Positions 13,459-25,325 of a stretch of DNA of 64,000 nt are shown here, piece after piece. Positions within the stretch are counted from its first letter, which is position 1; every line of letters begins with the position of its first letter. Below the pieces are notes generated by a model. The model was not told where the DNA came from and ran no database searches. It was given only the letters and a program-made list of their open reading frames with translations. A program made the position numbers and the translations under genes. The DNA comes from Somniosus microcephalus (taxonomy: Eukaryota): contig CM126217.1 in assembly GCA_052327205.1 (NCBI GenBank), positions 21,948,001-22,012,000 on the forward strand, in the 5' to 3' direction.

Positions 13459-15034
13459 GTGAGAAGTAGACATTTTAGGTAATAACAAAATATTTATGAC
13501 TGAGTTTATGTGGTGAAGCTGGTCGTTCTAATCAGACAGCGAATACCTAGCTACAAGTTCTCCCTGCAGCGAGTCGATTCCACTGCTGATGAGAGAGCCA
13601 ATGTGCATTGACAAAATCCTCACTAAGATTGTTGAGTGCTAGGTAATCTGAGCAGATATGGAACGATTGGCTTGAGATCATCCAACTTAGTGTGACCAGA
13701 GTGAAGACGGCAGGAAACCCAGCGCTGGAGCAGCGGGTTGTCAGATCAGTGTGCCTGTGGGGTGGAGGCACGGTTTGCACCACCAACAGAACCACATCAT
13801 CTGGCCTGAAACTCCGATGCAGTACTGAGGGAGTTCTGCATTGCCGGAGCTGCCGTGCTTCAGATAAAACTAGGGCTGCATCTGGTTGTTCCTTGGTTCG
13901 GCTGGAATCCTTTTTCGCCTCATGGAATGTTTCCAGTTGTCTTGTTCTCCTGAAGTTGTAGCTGCATACCAGATGAAACCTGGTTCGAGTACTGGCACCG
14001 AGAACACCAAGCCCAGTCAGTGCATGCCAATCAAGTGCAGATTGTTAACCTGCGGGCAGAGACTGTGCCCAGGTTCCCGTTGATGGAAGAATTTGAGTAC
14101 CTGTATTTATGCTCGCTCTGGAAGTAAATTGAAGCACTTAATTAAAATGACAATCCAATAGTAGCTGCCTCAGCTGTTGCCTGATCAGCATTTTGTGTAG
14201 GATAATTGCTGACTCCCATTGCCAGATCAGGGACAATTAACCAGCAGTCAGTACGCCAAGCCTCAAATTATAACAGTGTATTCTCAAGGATTGTCTACTG
14301 TGTGCTAAGCCCTTGCATTCCGAGAGATGCCCTCCAACTTGTGTTGACATCTGTGTTTCTTTTTACAAATAATGTATTTTTGCCTTAGGCTTTCCTTTAA
14401 CTGTCATTCAATTGAAATTGAGCAACAAATGGTGAAGCTATCAAGTGGAAGCATATAGGCCAAGGGCCGCAAAGCTTTATCGAGACCTCAGTTACATCCC
14501 GCTCTCCATAAATGACTGGACATTGGTTAATAGGCCACTTGCCCGATGAGGCGCCTTTAATCAGTTGCCATTTGGAAAGTGGCAGGAACATCAGGTACGG
14601 TCATGTTCTATTCAGTCACGGTGGCAAATAGAAGGTCGTGTTGGATTTTAAAGGTTTGGAAACTTTGCAGGAGTCGTCGTCATTTTATCCAGCGACTGGT
14701 CGAACAAAGGGGAATCCAATTACTCATTCCGTTTGCTGCTTGCTGGATGAACGTTTTTTGTACATTGGGTGATCAGTGGTTTTCTGATGACCAGTAACTG
14801 CATCCACCATTGACAGCAGCAGCTGTTAATTATAATCCATTACATACAGTAACGAGCTGCATTGTGTGCAGTTTAACAACTTGTTTCACCACCTCCGAGC
14901 CAGCACTTCTCCGTCAACATCTTATATCACTCTGTTATTCAGGAAACCTTACTAACTATTCACATTAGAAACTCAGTCTCGCCTTCAGTGAGCTATCGCG
15001 CACAGTTTTTACCTCCTCTCCCAAGAGCACTACG

Positions 15035-15310
15035 TGAACCAGGTGTCCTCTGGTACCTCGCCAAGTGCCCATTTTTCATGTTTGAGATTAGATAGAGTCT
15101 CGGAAAGCTATTCCTCCAGAGAAGTATCGCAGCTGTGGTTAATCTTTTACTTGCCAAGCCGCGCTTCCAGCAGAGGGTCACTGGTGGATCGCAATTAGGA
15201 GTCGGAACTCTGGCTAATGTATTCCTCCCTTCCCGCCACACCTGCTCCTTTCTCAGCCCAGGGGAACTGAGGCCAATTGTCACCGCTGCCCCAGCTAGCA
15301 CAGCACAAGA
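15035..15310 (-). mobile_element. Old interspersed repeat (probable SINE), copy 1
   Basis: Shares GTACCTC.CCAAGTG.CCATT...CATGT and CCCAGGG...GCCAATT with 16590-16870. The strand is inferred from a recalled shark SINE consensus. Confidence 0.5.
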
Positions 15311-16589
15311 CCGACAATCAACTCTGGAACACGCTGGTCGACATTGCTTCCCACTGCATTGTGCAGCCCCTTAAACACCGTGCGGGGTATTCTCTGACAA
15401 CCTTACTTGAAAGGAAATAGAACTAAGCGTAGTTCGTCGTGGTGCTCGGTTCTAGATTTACAACCTGTGTTTCAAATTAAATAAAAATCTGATCACGGAA
15501 ATTATTTAAGCAAAAGCCCCCAAGTTGTGTGTGCTGATTTTAGGGAAGTATTGGTTGCCCCGTCCTGAGAGTCGTACCTGGACATTTAAACACCGCTATT
15601 TATCCTGGGGCCAGCGTTAGTTTGTAGAAGAATTTCAGCTGGTAATGAAAATAGCAGTTTAAAGGAAAACCAGGGCAAGCTGCAGCACGGTAGCAGGATG
15701 ATCAGAGCTTTTTATTGAAGAATTATTGACAGTAACGAGGGTGCAAATCCATTTATGTTCACAGATGGAGTGGGGTAAGGCGAGAATCCCAGCATGATTA
15801 GTCGGTGTCTGTCTTGATCATCTTCTCTGTATATCATTAAACACTGACCCCTGTCGTCTCGCTGCTTGTGCAGCTTTTACTGAAGGCTGTGCTGAGCGTC
15901 ATTGATGCAGAAGTGGTAAAAGCCAAAGAAAACGGGATGTGTAGCACGAGGTAATGAAGGAGAGTTCTGTGAATACATTCCAAAGTAGCTATGATATGCT
16001 ACCATTAATATAAAGTATGACCAGTCCGCTGTGCAGTTAAGCTGTGCGACTGTAGCTGCTTAAACTCCCAACGGTGCCCCTCTTCTAGACACACTTGGGT
16101 GGGAAGGGTCCCTGAGCCTCATCTCTTGCCAACTTGCAACCATGTCCTCTGGGATTAAATAGGTCTCCAGAAAGAGAGAGGGAGAGTGTGCACGCTCCAT
16201 AGCAGTAAATGGGAATGCTGTCTGTATAGATTGCTCAGGATTTCAGTTTGAGGTAAGTGTGGGTCTCTGCATGCGTCAGACCCCTGATCGATCGAAGAAA
16301 AAAGAGAAAATATTCAAATAAAATCACCATCATCTTTACTGGAATAAACTGTTACGGGAAGGCTATTCCACTGACGGAGAAATTGAGCAGCCTATCAATT
16401 TGGATTGTTGGTCCTTTGTGGAAGGGAGTTTTAAACTTGCTTGTGGTGGGGTGGATTCAAAACCCACTAGTGAAAGCATGCAATATTTTGCAGTTTTATA
16501 AACCACACCATAAAATTGGAGGACCTTTTTCTTCCAATTTGCTCCCTGTTTCTCTCTCCATTTCCCGAAGGATCTCCGCTCCCCACGAG

Positions 16590-16870
16590 TGTACAGTTCC
16601 TCGGCCTTCCCGTACCTCACCCAAGTGGCCATTCCCCCATGTACGAGCCTGTCCGGTTGAGTGTCAGCATGCTGTTCTGCTCTGTAGGGCATCACGGTCA
16701 AGCTCGAACCTTTCCTCGCTCAACATCCACACCCAGGCACTTCCCGGCAGATGATGACCAGGAACGCTGGCCAATTCGTACCTCCGCCCCAGGGCCAGTG
16801 GAGCCAATTATAATGCCCCAGCGACTTTCCAGCTGAGATCAGTAAATTGGCCAACTTCGCACAGGTTGGT
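16590..16870 (-). mobile_element. Old interspersed repeat (probable SINE), copy 2
   Basis: Colinear similarity to 15035-15310. Confidence 0.5.
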
Positions 16871-17104
16871 TTATGCACCATAAAACTCTCATCCAGTCCA
16901 ATTTAAAATCCTAGCTTTATACATCTTCAGCTTTAAAGACCAATTTATGTTTCTCCCCCTGTTGTTAGTGGATTGCTTCATTCATTGTTGACTTGGGCAA
17001 GATGTCCAATAGGATTGCTGCTATTCCCGTTGGACGTCTACACGTGATTCAAGAGGTTCCGGTTGGACAATTTATGATTACAATAAAAGTACAAAGAAAG
17101 AACG

Positions 17105-17225
17105 AGGAAAAATTTGCAGAGCTCTGGAGAAAGAGGAGAGGAATGGGACTAATTGGATACCTCTTTCCAAGAGCTGGCACAGGCATGATGGGCCGAATGG
17201 CCTCCTACGCTGTAAGATTCTATGA
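17105..17225 (+). mobile_element. CR1 3' tail fragment
   Basis: GGGACTAATTGGAT...GATGGGCCGAATGGCCTCCT...GATTCTATGA, as at 62380-62510. Confidence 0.85.
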
Positions 17226-18094
17226 ACAAAGACAGTTAGTTGAACGAGCGGTCCACTCAGTAAGGTTCTTCCTTGACCCACTTGACCATTAGGGGGAGCT
17301 CTCTGAAGGAAGTTTCTAGCTGGGAGATCAGAAAATGGATAATAGACTTAGCTTAATCTTTTTCTAAATACAAGTAGAAATCTTTTTCACCACAGTTAGT
17401 TGTAATTAGACCTTTGAATCTCTACTCTGTGACAGTAACTCCAAGATATTGCTCCAGCCATGATTCACCTTCTCGGACCCTGCGAGAGGGATTTAATCAG
17501 GCAGCAGCCAGCTGCATCAGATTGAAAAATAGATTAGAATTAGAAATTAAAATTTTACTTTGATCAAAGGACGGCACGGCATAATTCCTTTGTCCATGGC
17601 ACGTGCATGCAACTTTAATACCTAATATATTGGTGTGTATATATTATTTAAGTGTTCATTACCCAGGCAATAAGCACAGGCCCTTCATCTTAAGTCCGTC
17701 AAAATTACCATCATTTTCAAAGAGTAACTCGATTACTTCTTGAGGTTGAAGAGAGAGGTTCTGATAATTTGAAATGTCATCCCAGCTGTTGAGAATGTGA
17801 CAGTGTGCCAGGATAGTTGAGTTAAAATAAAACGGGTTGATGCCCAGGAACTGGGTGCTAAATATAGAAGTTCTGTGGGTCCAGGATTTGCAGATGCCGA
17901 GATACTTTATGGTCACACACTCAAAATATCTTTTGGAAATATAAATTAGGAGGAACTCAGGAAATCCTAATAATTTCTTGACTCTCGGGATTTACATTGT
18001 TCTTTACCTTTATAAGCCCTTGGAGTGATGGGATAAAACTTATATTTTCCATGTATTTTTTGTGCTGAATGACCCCAGTGCTGGAGAGAGTCAC

Positions 18095-18748
18095 AACAAG
18101 GTCAAGTAGAGCATCGCTGGGAACAAGTGTTTCCAGGTCAGTCACAGCATGTCTAGGTACAAATATTCCCAGGTCAGTTATAGCATAGCCAGCTACAAGT
18201 GTTCCCAGGTCAGGTAGAGCATAGCCAGGAACAAGTGTTCCCAGGTCAGGTAGAGCATAGCCAAGAACAAGTATTCCCAGGTCAGGTGGAGCATAGCCAG
18301 GAACACGTGTTCCCAGGTCAGGTAGAGCATAGCCAAGAACACATGTTCCCAGGTCAGGTAGAGCATGGCCAAGAACAAGTGTTCCCAGGTCAGGTAGAGC
18401 ATAGCCAGGAACAGTTGTTCCCAGGCCAGGTAGAGCATAGCCAAGAACACATGTTCCCAGGTCAGGTAGAACATGGCCAGGAACAGTTGTTCCCAGGTCA
18501 GGTAGAGTATAGCCAAGAACACATGTTCCCAGGTCAGGTAGAGCATGGCCAAGAACAAGTGTTCCCAGGTCAGGTAGAGCATAGCCAAGAACACATGCTC
18601 CCAGGTCAGGTAGAGCATGGCCAGGAACAAGTGTTCCCAGGTCAGGTAGAGCATAGCCAGGAACACGTGTTCCCAGGGCAGGTAGAGCATAGCCAAGAAC
18701 ACGTGTTCCCAGGTCAGGTAGAGCATAGCCAGGAACAAGTGTTCCTAG
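18095..18748. repeat. 36-bp minisatellite (~15 good copies plus ~3 degenerate)
   Basis: Unit CCAGGTCAGGTAGAGCATAGCCARGAACAMGTGTTC. The overlapping ORFs show 12-aa periodicity. Confidence 0.95.
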
Positions 18749-18849
18749 ATCATTTCTTCTCTTGCCCCCTCTCAGTGTGGTTTCCTGTTTATTTCTAATG
18801 GTGAATAGATTCATGCCTTTTCCCACAAGGGGGCTGAGTTTGGACTGCA

Positions 18850-20625
18850 CATAAGAACATAAGAGATAGGAGCAGGAGTAGGCCATTTGGCCCCTCGAGA
18901 CTGCTACACCATTTAATGAGATCATGGCTGATCTGATCTTGGGCTCAGCTCCATTTCCCTGCCCACTCCCCATAATCCATCACTCCCTTATTGTTCAAAA
19001 ATCTTAAATGTATTTAATGACCCAGCCTCCACAGCTCTCTGGGGCAGAGAATTCCACTGATTTACGACCCTCTGAGAGAAGAAATTCCTCCTTATCTCAG
19101 TTTTAAATGGGCGACCCCTTATTCTGAAACTATGCCCCCTAGTTCTCGATTCCCCCACGAGGGGAAACATTCTCTCTGCATCTACCTTGTCGAGCCCCCT
19201 CAGTATCTTATATGTTTCAATAAGACCACCTCTCATTCTTCTAAACTCCAATGAGTATAGGCTCAACCTTTCTTCATAAGTCAACCCCTTCATCTCAGGA
19301 ATCAACCTCGTGAACCTTCTCTGAACTGCCTCCAATGCAAGTATATCCCTCCTTAAATAAGGAGACCAAACCTGTATGCAGTACTCCAGGTGTGGTCTCA
19401 CCAATACCCTGTACAGTTGCACCGCACAAAGGGGAGGAGAAGCATCCAGGAAGGCGGCGAACACCTCGAGTCTCTTCGCCGGGAACAAGCGCAAACAGCG
19501 GAAGGAGTGCACGTCAACCCAAGCACCCCGCCCACCCGCCCCTTCAACCATCATCTGCCCCACCTGTGACAGAGACTGTAGGTCTCGCATTGGACTCATC
19601 AGTCACCTGAGAACTCATTTTTAGTGTGGAAGCAAGTCATCCTCGGTTCCAAGGGACTGCCTAAGAAGAAGAAGTACAGTTGTAGCAGGACTTCCCTGCT
19701 TTTATACTCCAACCCCTTGCAATAAAGGCCATTTGCCTTCCTGATTACTTGCTATACCTGCATGCTAACTTTTTGTGTTTCATGCACCAGGACCCCCAGG
19801 TTCCTCTGTACTGCAGCATTTTGTAATCTCTCTCCATTTAAATAATAATTTGCTTTTTTATTTTTATTACCAATGTGGATAACCTCACTTTCCCACATTA
19901 TACTCCGTCTGCCAAATGTTTTCCCACTCACTTAGCCAGGCTATATCCCTTTGCAGATTCTTTTATTTGTCCAATCAGTATGAAGATTAAAATCGCCCAT
20001 GATTATTGCTGTACCTTTCTTACAAGCCTCCATTATTTCTTGATTTATGCTCTGTCGAACAGTGTAGCTACTGTTAGGGGGCCTATAGACTACGCCCACC
20101 AGTGACTTATTTCCCTTATTGTTTCTTATCTCCACCCAAACTGATTCTACATCTTGCTCTTTTGAGCCAATATCATTTCTCACTACTGCACTGATCTCAT
20201 CCTTTATTAACAGAGCTACCCCACCTCCTTTTCCTTTCTGTCTATCCTTCCAAAATGTCAAATACCCCTGAATATTCAGTTCCCAGCCTTGGTCACCTTG
20301 CAACCACGTCTCTGTAATGGCTATCAGATCATACCCATTTATATCTAGTTGTGCCGTCAACTCACCTATCTTGTTACAAATGCTGCTTGCATTCAGATAA
20401 AGAGCTTTTTAATTTTATCTTTTTACTATTTTTCCGTGATTTGACCCCACTTTCTGATGCACTCTTATTTTTATATGTTCTGTCCCTTCCTGTCACACTC
20501 CAGTTACCATTATCTCCATCGCTACCCTGCTCTATTGCCTTCTCCATTCTCTTCGACTTTTTAAATTCCTGCTCACCTGAACCCTCCACTATTTTGTTTA
20601 AAGCCCTTTCTACAGCTCTAGTTAT
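18850..20625 (-). mobile_element. CR1 LINE with most of the RT deleted and an RTE insertion
   Basis: The ORF1 end (20400-20625) and APE (YDLIAITETWL, VGVVYRPPNS, IIMGDFN; 19960-20400) are joined to the post-RT C-terminus (19683-19945 and 18990-19419). The tail is CATAAGAA repeats at 18849. Confidence 0.9.
19420..19673 (+). mobile_element. RTE-clade LINE 3' end with C2H2 zinc finger
   Basis: Encodes CPTCDRDCRSRIGLISHLRTHF-stop and ends in a (GAA)n tail. The TSD GTACAGTTG is at 19411-19419 and 19674-19682. Confidence 0.88.
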
Positions 20626-21317
20626 TCATTGTACATGTATCGCTTATGGCTTGTGTTTAGAAACGTTTTGGCTTGTGTTTTATAAATGGATCCCCACAAA
20701 AAGCAGACTAGTTGAACAATAATTCATCTCCGTACAACAGCAGAAAGATGGCCCGTCTGAAGACTTCCCGTTGAAAGCACGATATGTTTGTTGAAGACAA
20801 TCGTCTATGTTCCCCAACCCCCAGTTTTCTCGTGCATCCTCTCCTCATGGAGGCGGTGGCCCAGTGGAACCTCAGCGAAGTAGGCATTCTTTACTTGTGA
20901 ATACGGGCGGGGAGTGTCAGCAGACTGTTTGACTTTGGGGCCACTTAACGGCCAATTCGGATCCTTTCCTCGCCCGGCCTTGGTTGTAATGCCCACCCCT
21001 CCGCCCTGGAATTGCCAATGCTCCTGGTCAAAGCTCACATATGAAGAATGCCCACTGGGGCTAGACACCAGTGAGTTACCCGTGGTGATGGAATCGCACA
21101 GCCAACAAAGACTCGGTGACTTCAGAGGAAGAGGGGAGAGAACGGGCAGAAAATGGCGAGCAGAAAACAAGACCCATTGACACTCTCTGGGCATTGCGGT
21201 TGAGGATTGTTAAGGGGCTTTGATTCTGCAAGACAAATTAATACTTGTTTTTGTTCAGCCTTTTCCCCTCCCACATCCTAATCAAGGAGTGGGATGTTAG
21301 GCTTGACACGGCGACCG

Positions 21318-21550
21318 TGTCCATTCTATCTCCCGCACTTCTGCCCTCACCCCTGCCCCTCCCTCCCAGAACCACGATAGGGTTCCGCTTGTCCTCGCCT
21401 TTCACCCCACCAGCCTCCACATTCAACGGATCATCCTCCGCCAGTGCTTCTTTAGCCTTGACAAAGGGTTCACCTGAAACGTTGACTCTTATTTTCTCTC
21501 CACGGATGTTGGCTGGCCTGCTGAGTTTTTCCAGCATTTTCTGTTGTTAT
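21318..21550 (+). mobile_element. Penelope-like element fragment (RT-endonuclease linker joined to terminal repeat)
   Basis: One frame reads QNHDRVPLVLAFHPTSLHIQRIILR. 21458-21550 matches the repeat at 44993-45098. Confidence 0.7.
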
Positions 21551-23224
21551 AGTGGGATGTTAGTGTTGGGGCAAGGAATACATTTTTCCACGGTGTTGGA
21601 ATGAAGTACTCCCAGGCCAACACATTCTTGCTCTTTGAGAGCTGCTGTTTACTCAACTGCGACAGGAGTGTGTTAGCATCTTAATGGCTAATTACTAATT
21701 TCCCTCTCTGTCACTGCATTTCTATTTTGAAGTGACCTATTTGTGTACACATTAATGTTTTCAATATCTTCTGTTTTGGCGCAAACCGATTTGGGCATTG
21801 AACACGAGTCACTTCTCACGGATGGCCGGTCAAAGGTTGTAAATGTGCGCAGACTTCAGGTCACAAAGCCTACCCGGAATTTGACATCCAATTTGCCACT
21901 TCAGCTGTTGGGCGGCGATGGAAATGTCAGTGGAATATAATCATGGAAATGAGCAGACAGCAAATTAGACAGATCCCTGCGCCCATTTTCGGGGGCTATC
22001 CAACTTAGCCACCTATGATTCCATGTCTACATGTCAGTACGCCAATAGGCAACACAAGGCTGGTCAAAATCAATAATTTACATAATGGACTGATATTAGT
22101 TGTTGCTCCTATCAGTATTAGTCACTTTATAACCACTGTTTAAGCATTAATCCAGGAACAGTGAGAAAAGTGTCAGTGGGTATAGCAGCAGATGCTCCTC
22201 GTGCACCAGCATCGAGCTGCAGTCAGAGCTGGTTAAAATGAAGAGGATCTTCAATAGAGATTTGGTTGCTTTGTGTCCCTGTGACCATCTCGTGGACTTC
22301 CAAACGATGCTGTGTGAAATTCCTCCCTCTGCTAAATTAACGGGGGTCCCAACATGTTAAAATAAACACACCAACATCTCCGATGAAATAACGGAGGAAG
22401 GAGTTTCATCCGAATGTATGTACGTTGGTATCCCACCGTGTCATTTCAAGTGTTGTATTTTGTGATCATAACTTTCACAATGGTTCAAAAATGCAAGGAC
22501 CTGACTGTAGTCTTCTGTCTCATTAATAAACTTCTTAACTGTGGGTGGAAGCAAACTAGATTTACACATTCTGCATTGAAAATATTTCCAAATGATCGTA
22601 TCCTAGTAGCTTCCTTTCCAGCACGCTGTGCTGTAGTGCCTGCTGGCGATGTAGCAGAGCTTGAGTGTTGTTGTCATTGGTGATGTTTAATTGCTTTAGA
22701 AAGGGAAGTTATTGCCAGTAGTAACCCTATCAGCTTTTCGCTGTCTCGTCTTCCCACCTCAGGCAGTATTTAATTAACGCTGTCCGATTAACCAGATCTG
22801 GATGTTGCTCAGCTCCTGCAAAATCGCACAATGAATTTGTTAGGCACCCAACTGACTCGGATCCTCAGAAATCGGAATAGACTGTGGAATTATTGACCAT
22901 GAATTAAAATTGGTATCATGCGTGGTGTTGTGATCGGTGTGTGAATGAATGCCAAATAAATCCAGCGGTAATTAGGAATGTAGCAGCAGTCAGAGTGGGA
23001 CAACACCACAGAATGCATAAGGGATGTAGTAATCTAAAAAAGGTGAGTGCTGATCCAGGGTGTGTTTATACTGCAATTTCAGCACCTCGGTTTAACTGTG
23101 AGCATAACAGCAATCAGCAGTTTTTGCTGTTTGACTCTGTAACGCACTCCAGACTGTACAGTGAAACAGTTGGAGGCGTCACTCCTGAGCTGGAAGCTCA
23201 TTGGTGTAAGGTAGTTATAGTAAC

Positions 23225-23410
23225 AGAGAAGCAAACAGGAGTAGGCCATTCAGCTCCTCGAGCCTGTTCCGCCAATCAATTAAATCATGGCTGATCTATA
23301 TAACAACTCCATTTACCTGGCTTGCTTCCATTAAAATCTATCGATCTCAGTCCTGAATGTTTTAATTGACTCAGCCCCAAGAGCTTTTTGGAGGAGAGTG
23401 TTCCGGATTT
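23225..23410 (-). mobile_element. CR1 3' tail fragment
   Basis: AGGAGTAGGCCATTCAG..CCTCGAGCCTG...ATCATGGCTGATCT, as at 18874-18935. Confidence 0.8.
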
Positions 23411-23620
23411 CACCAGAATGATACCGGGGCTAAAAGGGTTAACTGATGAGGGCAGGTTGCGTAGACTAGGCTTGTATTCCCTGGAATATAAAATATTAAG
23501 GGGTGACCAAATTGAAGTGTATAAGATGATCAAAGGAGTTGATAGGGTAGATAGAGTGAAACTATTTCCTCAGGTAGGGGGAGTCCAGAACAATCGGACA
23601 CAACCTTAAAATTAGAGCTA
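23408..23620 (+). mobile_element. CR1 ORF2 C-terminal fragment
   Basis: FTRMIPGLKGL...RLRRLGLYSLE...RGDQIEVYK. Confidence 0.85.
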
Positions 23621-23836
23621 GCAGCATGGAGCCACAGGGAGCTAACCTCCAGGATCTTCACAGCAGGCGGCTAGCGCTTCTACCCTAAGTTGGTGGGGTA
23701 TTTTCTCTCATAATCAGGTCGGGTCCTGATGATATCATCGGGAGTCGACTGCAATTTTTAATTTCTTGTGGGACGAGGAGGAGCGGGAATGCTCCTCCAG
23801 GCCCCATAAGGAAACTTTGAGCCTCTGCCGCCCCTT

Positions 23837-24390
23837 CTTGAGTATTGTGTGCAGTTTTGGTCGCCTTATCTGAGGAAGGATGTTCTTGCCATGGAGGGAG
23901 TGCAGCGAAGATTCACCAGGCTGATACCTGGGATGGCAGGAATGACATATGAGAGATTGGGTCGATTGGGCTTATACTCGCTGGAGTTTAGAAGAATGAG
24001 AGGGGATCTCATTGAAACTTAGAAAATTCTAACAGGACTGGACAGACTAGATGCAGGAAGGATGTTCCCGATGGTCGGGGAGTCCTGAACCAGGGGTCAC
24101 AGTCTAAGGATAAGGGGTAAGCCATTTAGGACAGAGATGAGGAGGAATTACTTCACCCAGGTAGTGGTGAACCTGTGGAATTCTCTACCACAGAAGGCAG
24201 TGGAGGCCAATTCATTAAATATATTCAAGAAGGAGTTAGATATATTTCTTAAGGCTAAAGGGATCAAGGGATATGGGGAGAAAGCAGGGACCGGGTACTG
24301 AATTTGGATGACCAGCCATGATCTCATTGAATGGCGGAGCATGCTCGAGGGGCCGAATGGCCTACTCCTACTCCTATCTTCTATGTTTCT
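23837..24390 (+). mobile_element. CR1 3' fragment inserted in a GC-rich DNA element
   Basis: LEYCVQFWSPYLRKD...; the 3' UTR ends TTCTATGTTTCTA. Confidence 0.9.
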
Positions 24391-24604
24391 ACCTCCCCCC
24401 ACCAATTGCGGAGACGCCCACAGGACGGCCGGGCAGTCGATCATGCAGACTTACCTGCGCTTGGTAGACGACCACCTGAGCTGTGCGAATTTGCGCCGCT
24501 TCCTGTCCTGAACGGGTGGGACGTTGGCCAGCGGCATTTAAATGAGGCCCCGGAATTTTGAACTGACGTTTGCCGAAAACTGGGTCCCCGTTAAAATCGG
24601 GGCC
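24391..24604. mobile_element. Right part of a MITE-like element (left part probably 23620-23836)
   Basis: CpG-rich. It ends TAAAATCGGGGCC (reverse complement GGCCCCGATTTTA), the same terminal pattern as the other MITEs. The left end was not found. Confidence 0.45.
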
Positions 24605-24695
24605 TTTGAACGGGGTACGGTCTTTGGAAGCATGAAACGTGTTCACATCATTTTGAGTCCTTTGCCTTTGCAGCGTTTGACACAGGCCAAACCAT

Positions 24696-25325
24696 GGCCC
24701 AGAAGTTGCCGATGCGGGGCATCTCATGGCGCGCCCTGTTAGTTAGATATGCCCCCTGCACCCTTCAGATCAAAAATGTTTTGCCCACGAAGTTGCTGGG
24801 AGTGTGAGCTGATAACGGCGCAGCGAGGGAAATGAGGCGTCCGGGACCTTGGTGATCAACGGGACCAAAAGTCTACCTCCTTTAACCAATGAGATTAAAG
24901 GGTTGAGAAATAAGCAGAGGAAGGACTGAGAAGGATGGTAAACCAGAGTGGGTGAATTCAATGTCAAATCAGGTACAGAGAGGAAAAGAAAGATTGGATT
25001 AAAGAGAGAGAGAAAAAAGAGAGACGGAAAGGAAAAGTAAGACATTTAAAAAGTCTCCAACAATTCACCAAATTTTTAATTGTTTACTTTTTGGGCAAGG
25101 GAGGTTGATTGGCAGCAATTAACACTTGCCACATCATTTGCACTGTTAATTACTAGACTTAACTTTCTGTGTCGTGTTTAATGGGCCATTAATGTACAAA
25201 TACAGCAGCTTCATAATAATCACGGGGAGGTTAAGGGCGAGAGGTCGTTTTCGCGAAACTAACGGCGAGGCAATTCGCTATTCACGGGGTTCAGATGCCG
25301 TTACTTTTTCAGCAAATTCTGGGCC
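24696..25325. mobile_element. MITE with 14-bp TIRs and 3-bp TSD (PIF/Harbinger-like)
   Basis: TIRs GGCCCAGAAGTTGC and GCAAATTCTGGGCC (13/14), with CAT on both flanks. A second, truncated copy lies at 42488. Confidence 0.8.

Noticed and set aside
17001-17039. Short hairpin AGATGTCCAA...TTGGACGTCT
   Set aside because: Only about 15 imperfect pairs, too short for a pre-miRNA and expected by chance.
17957-18973. 12-aa repeat proteins; steroid response elements
   Set aside because: The ORFs lie on both strands of a minisatellite and one starts in a CR1 3' UTR. The palindrome spacer is 2 nt, not the 3 nt of a GRE/ARE.
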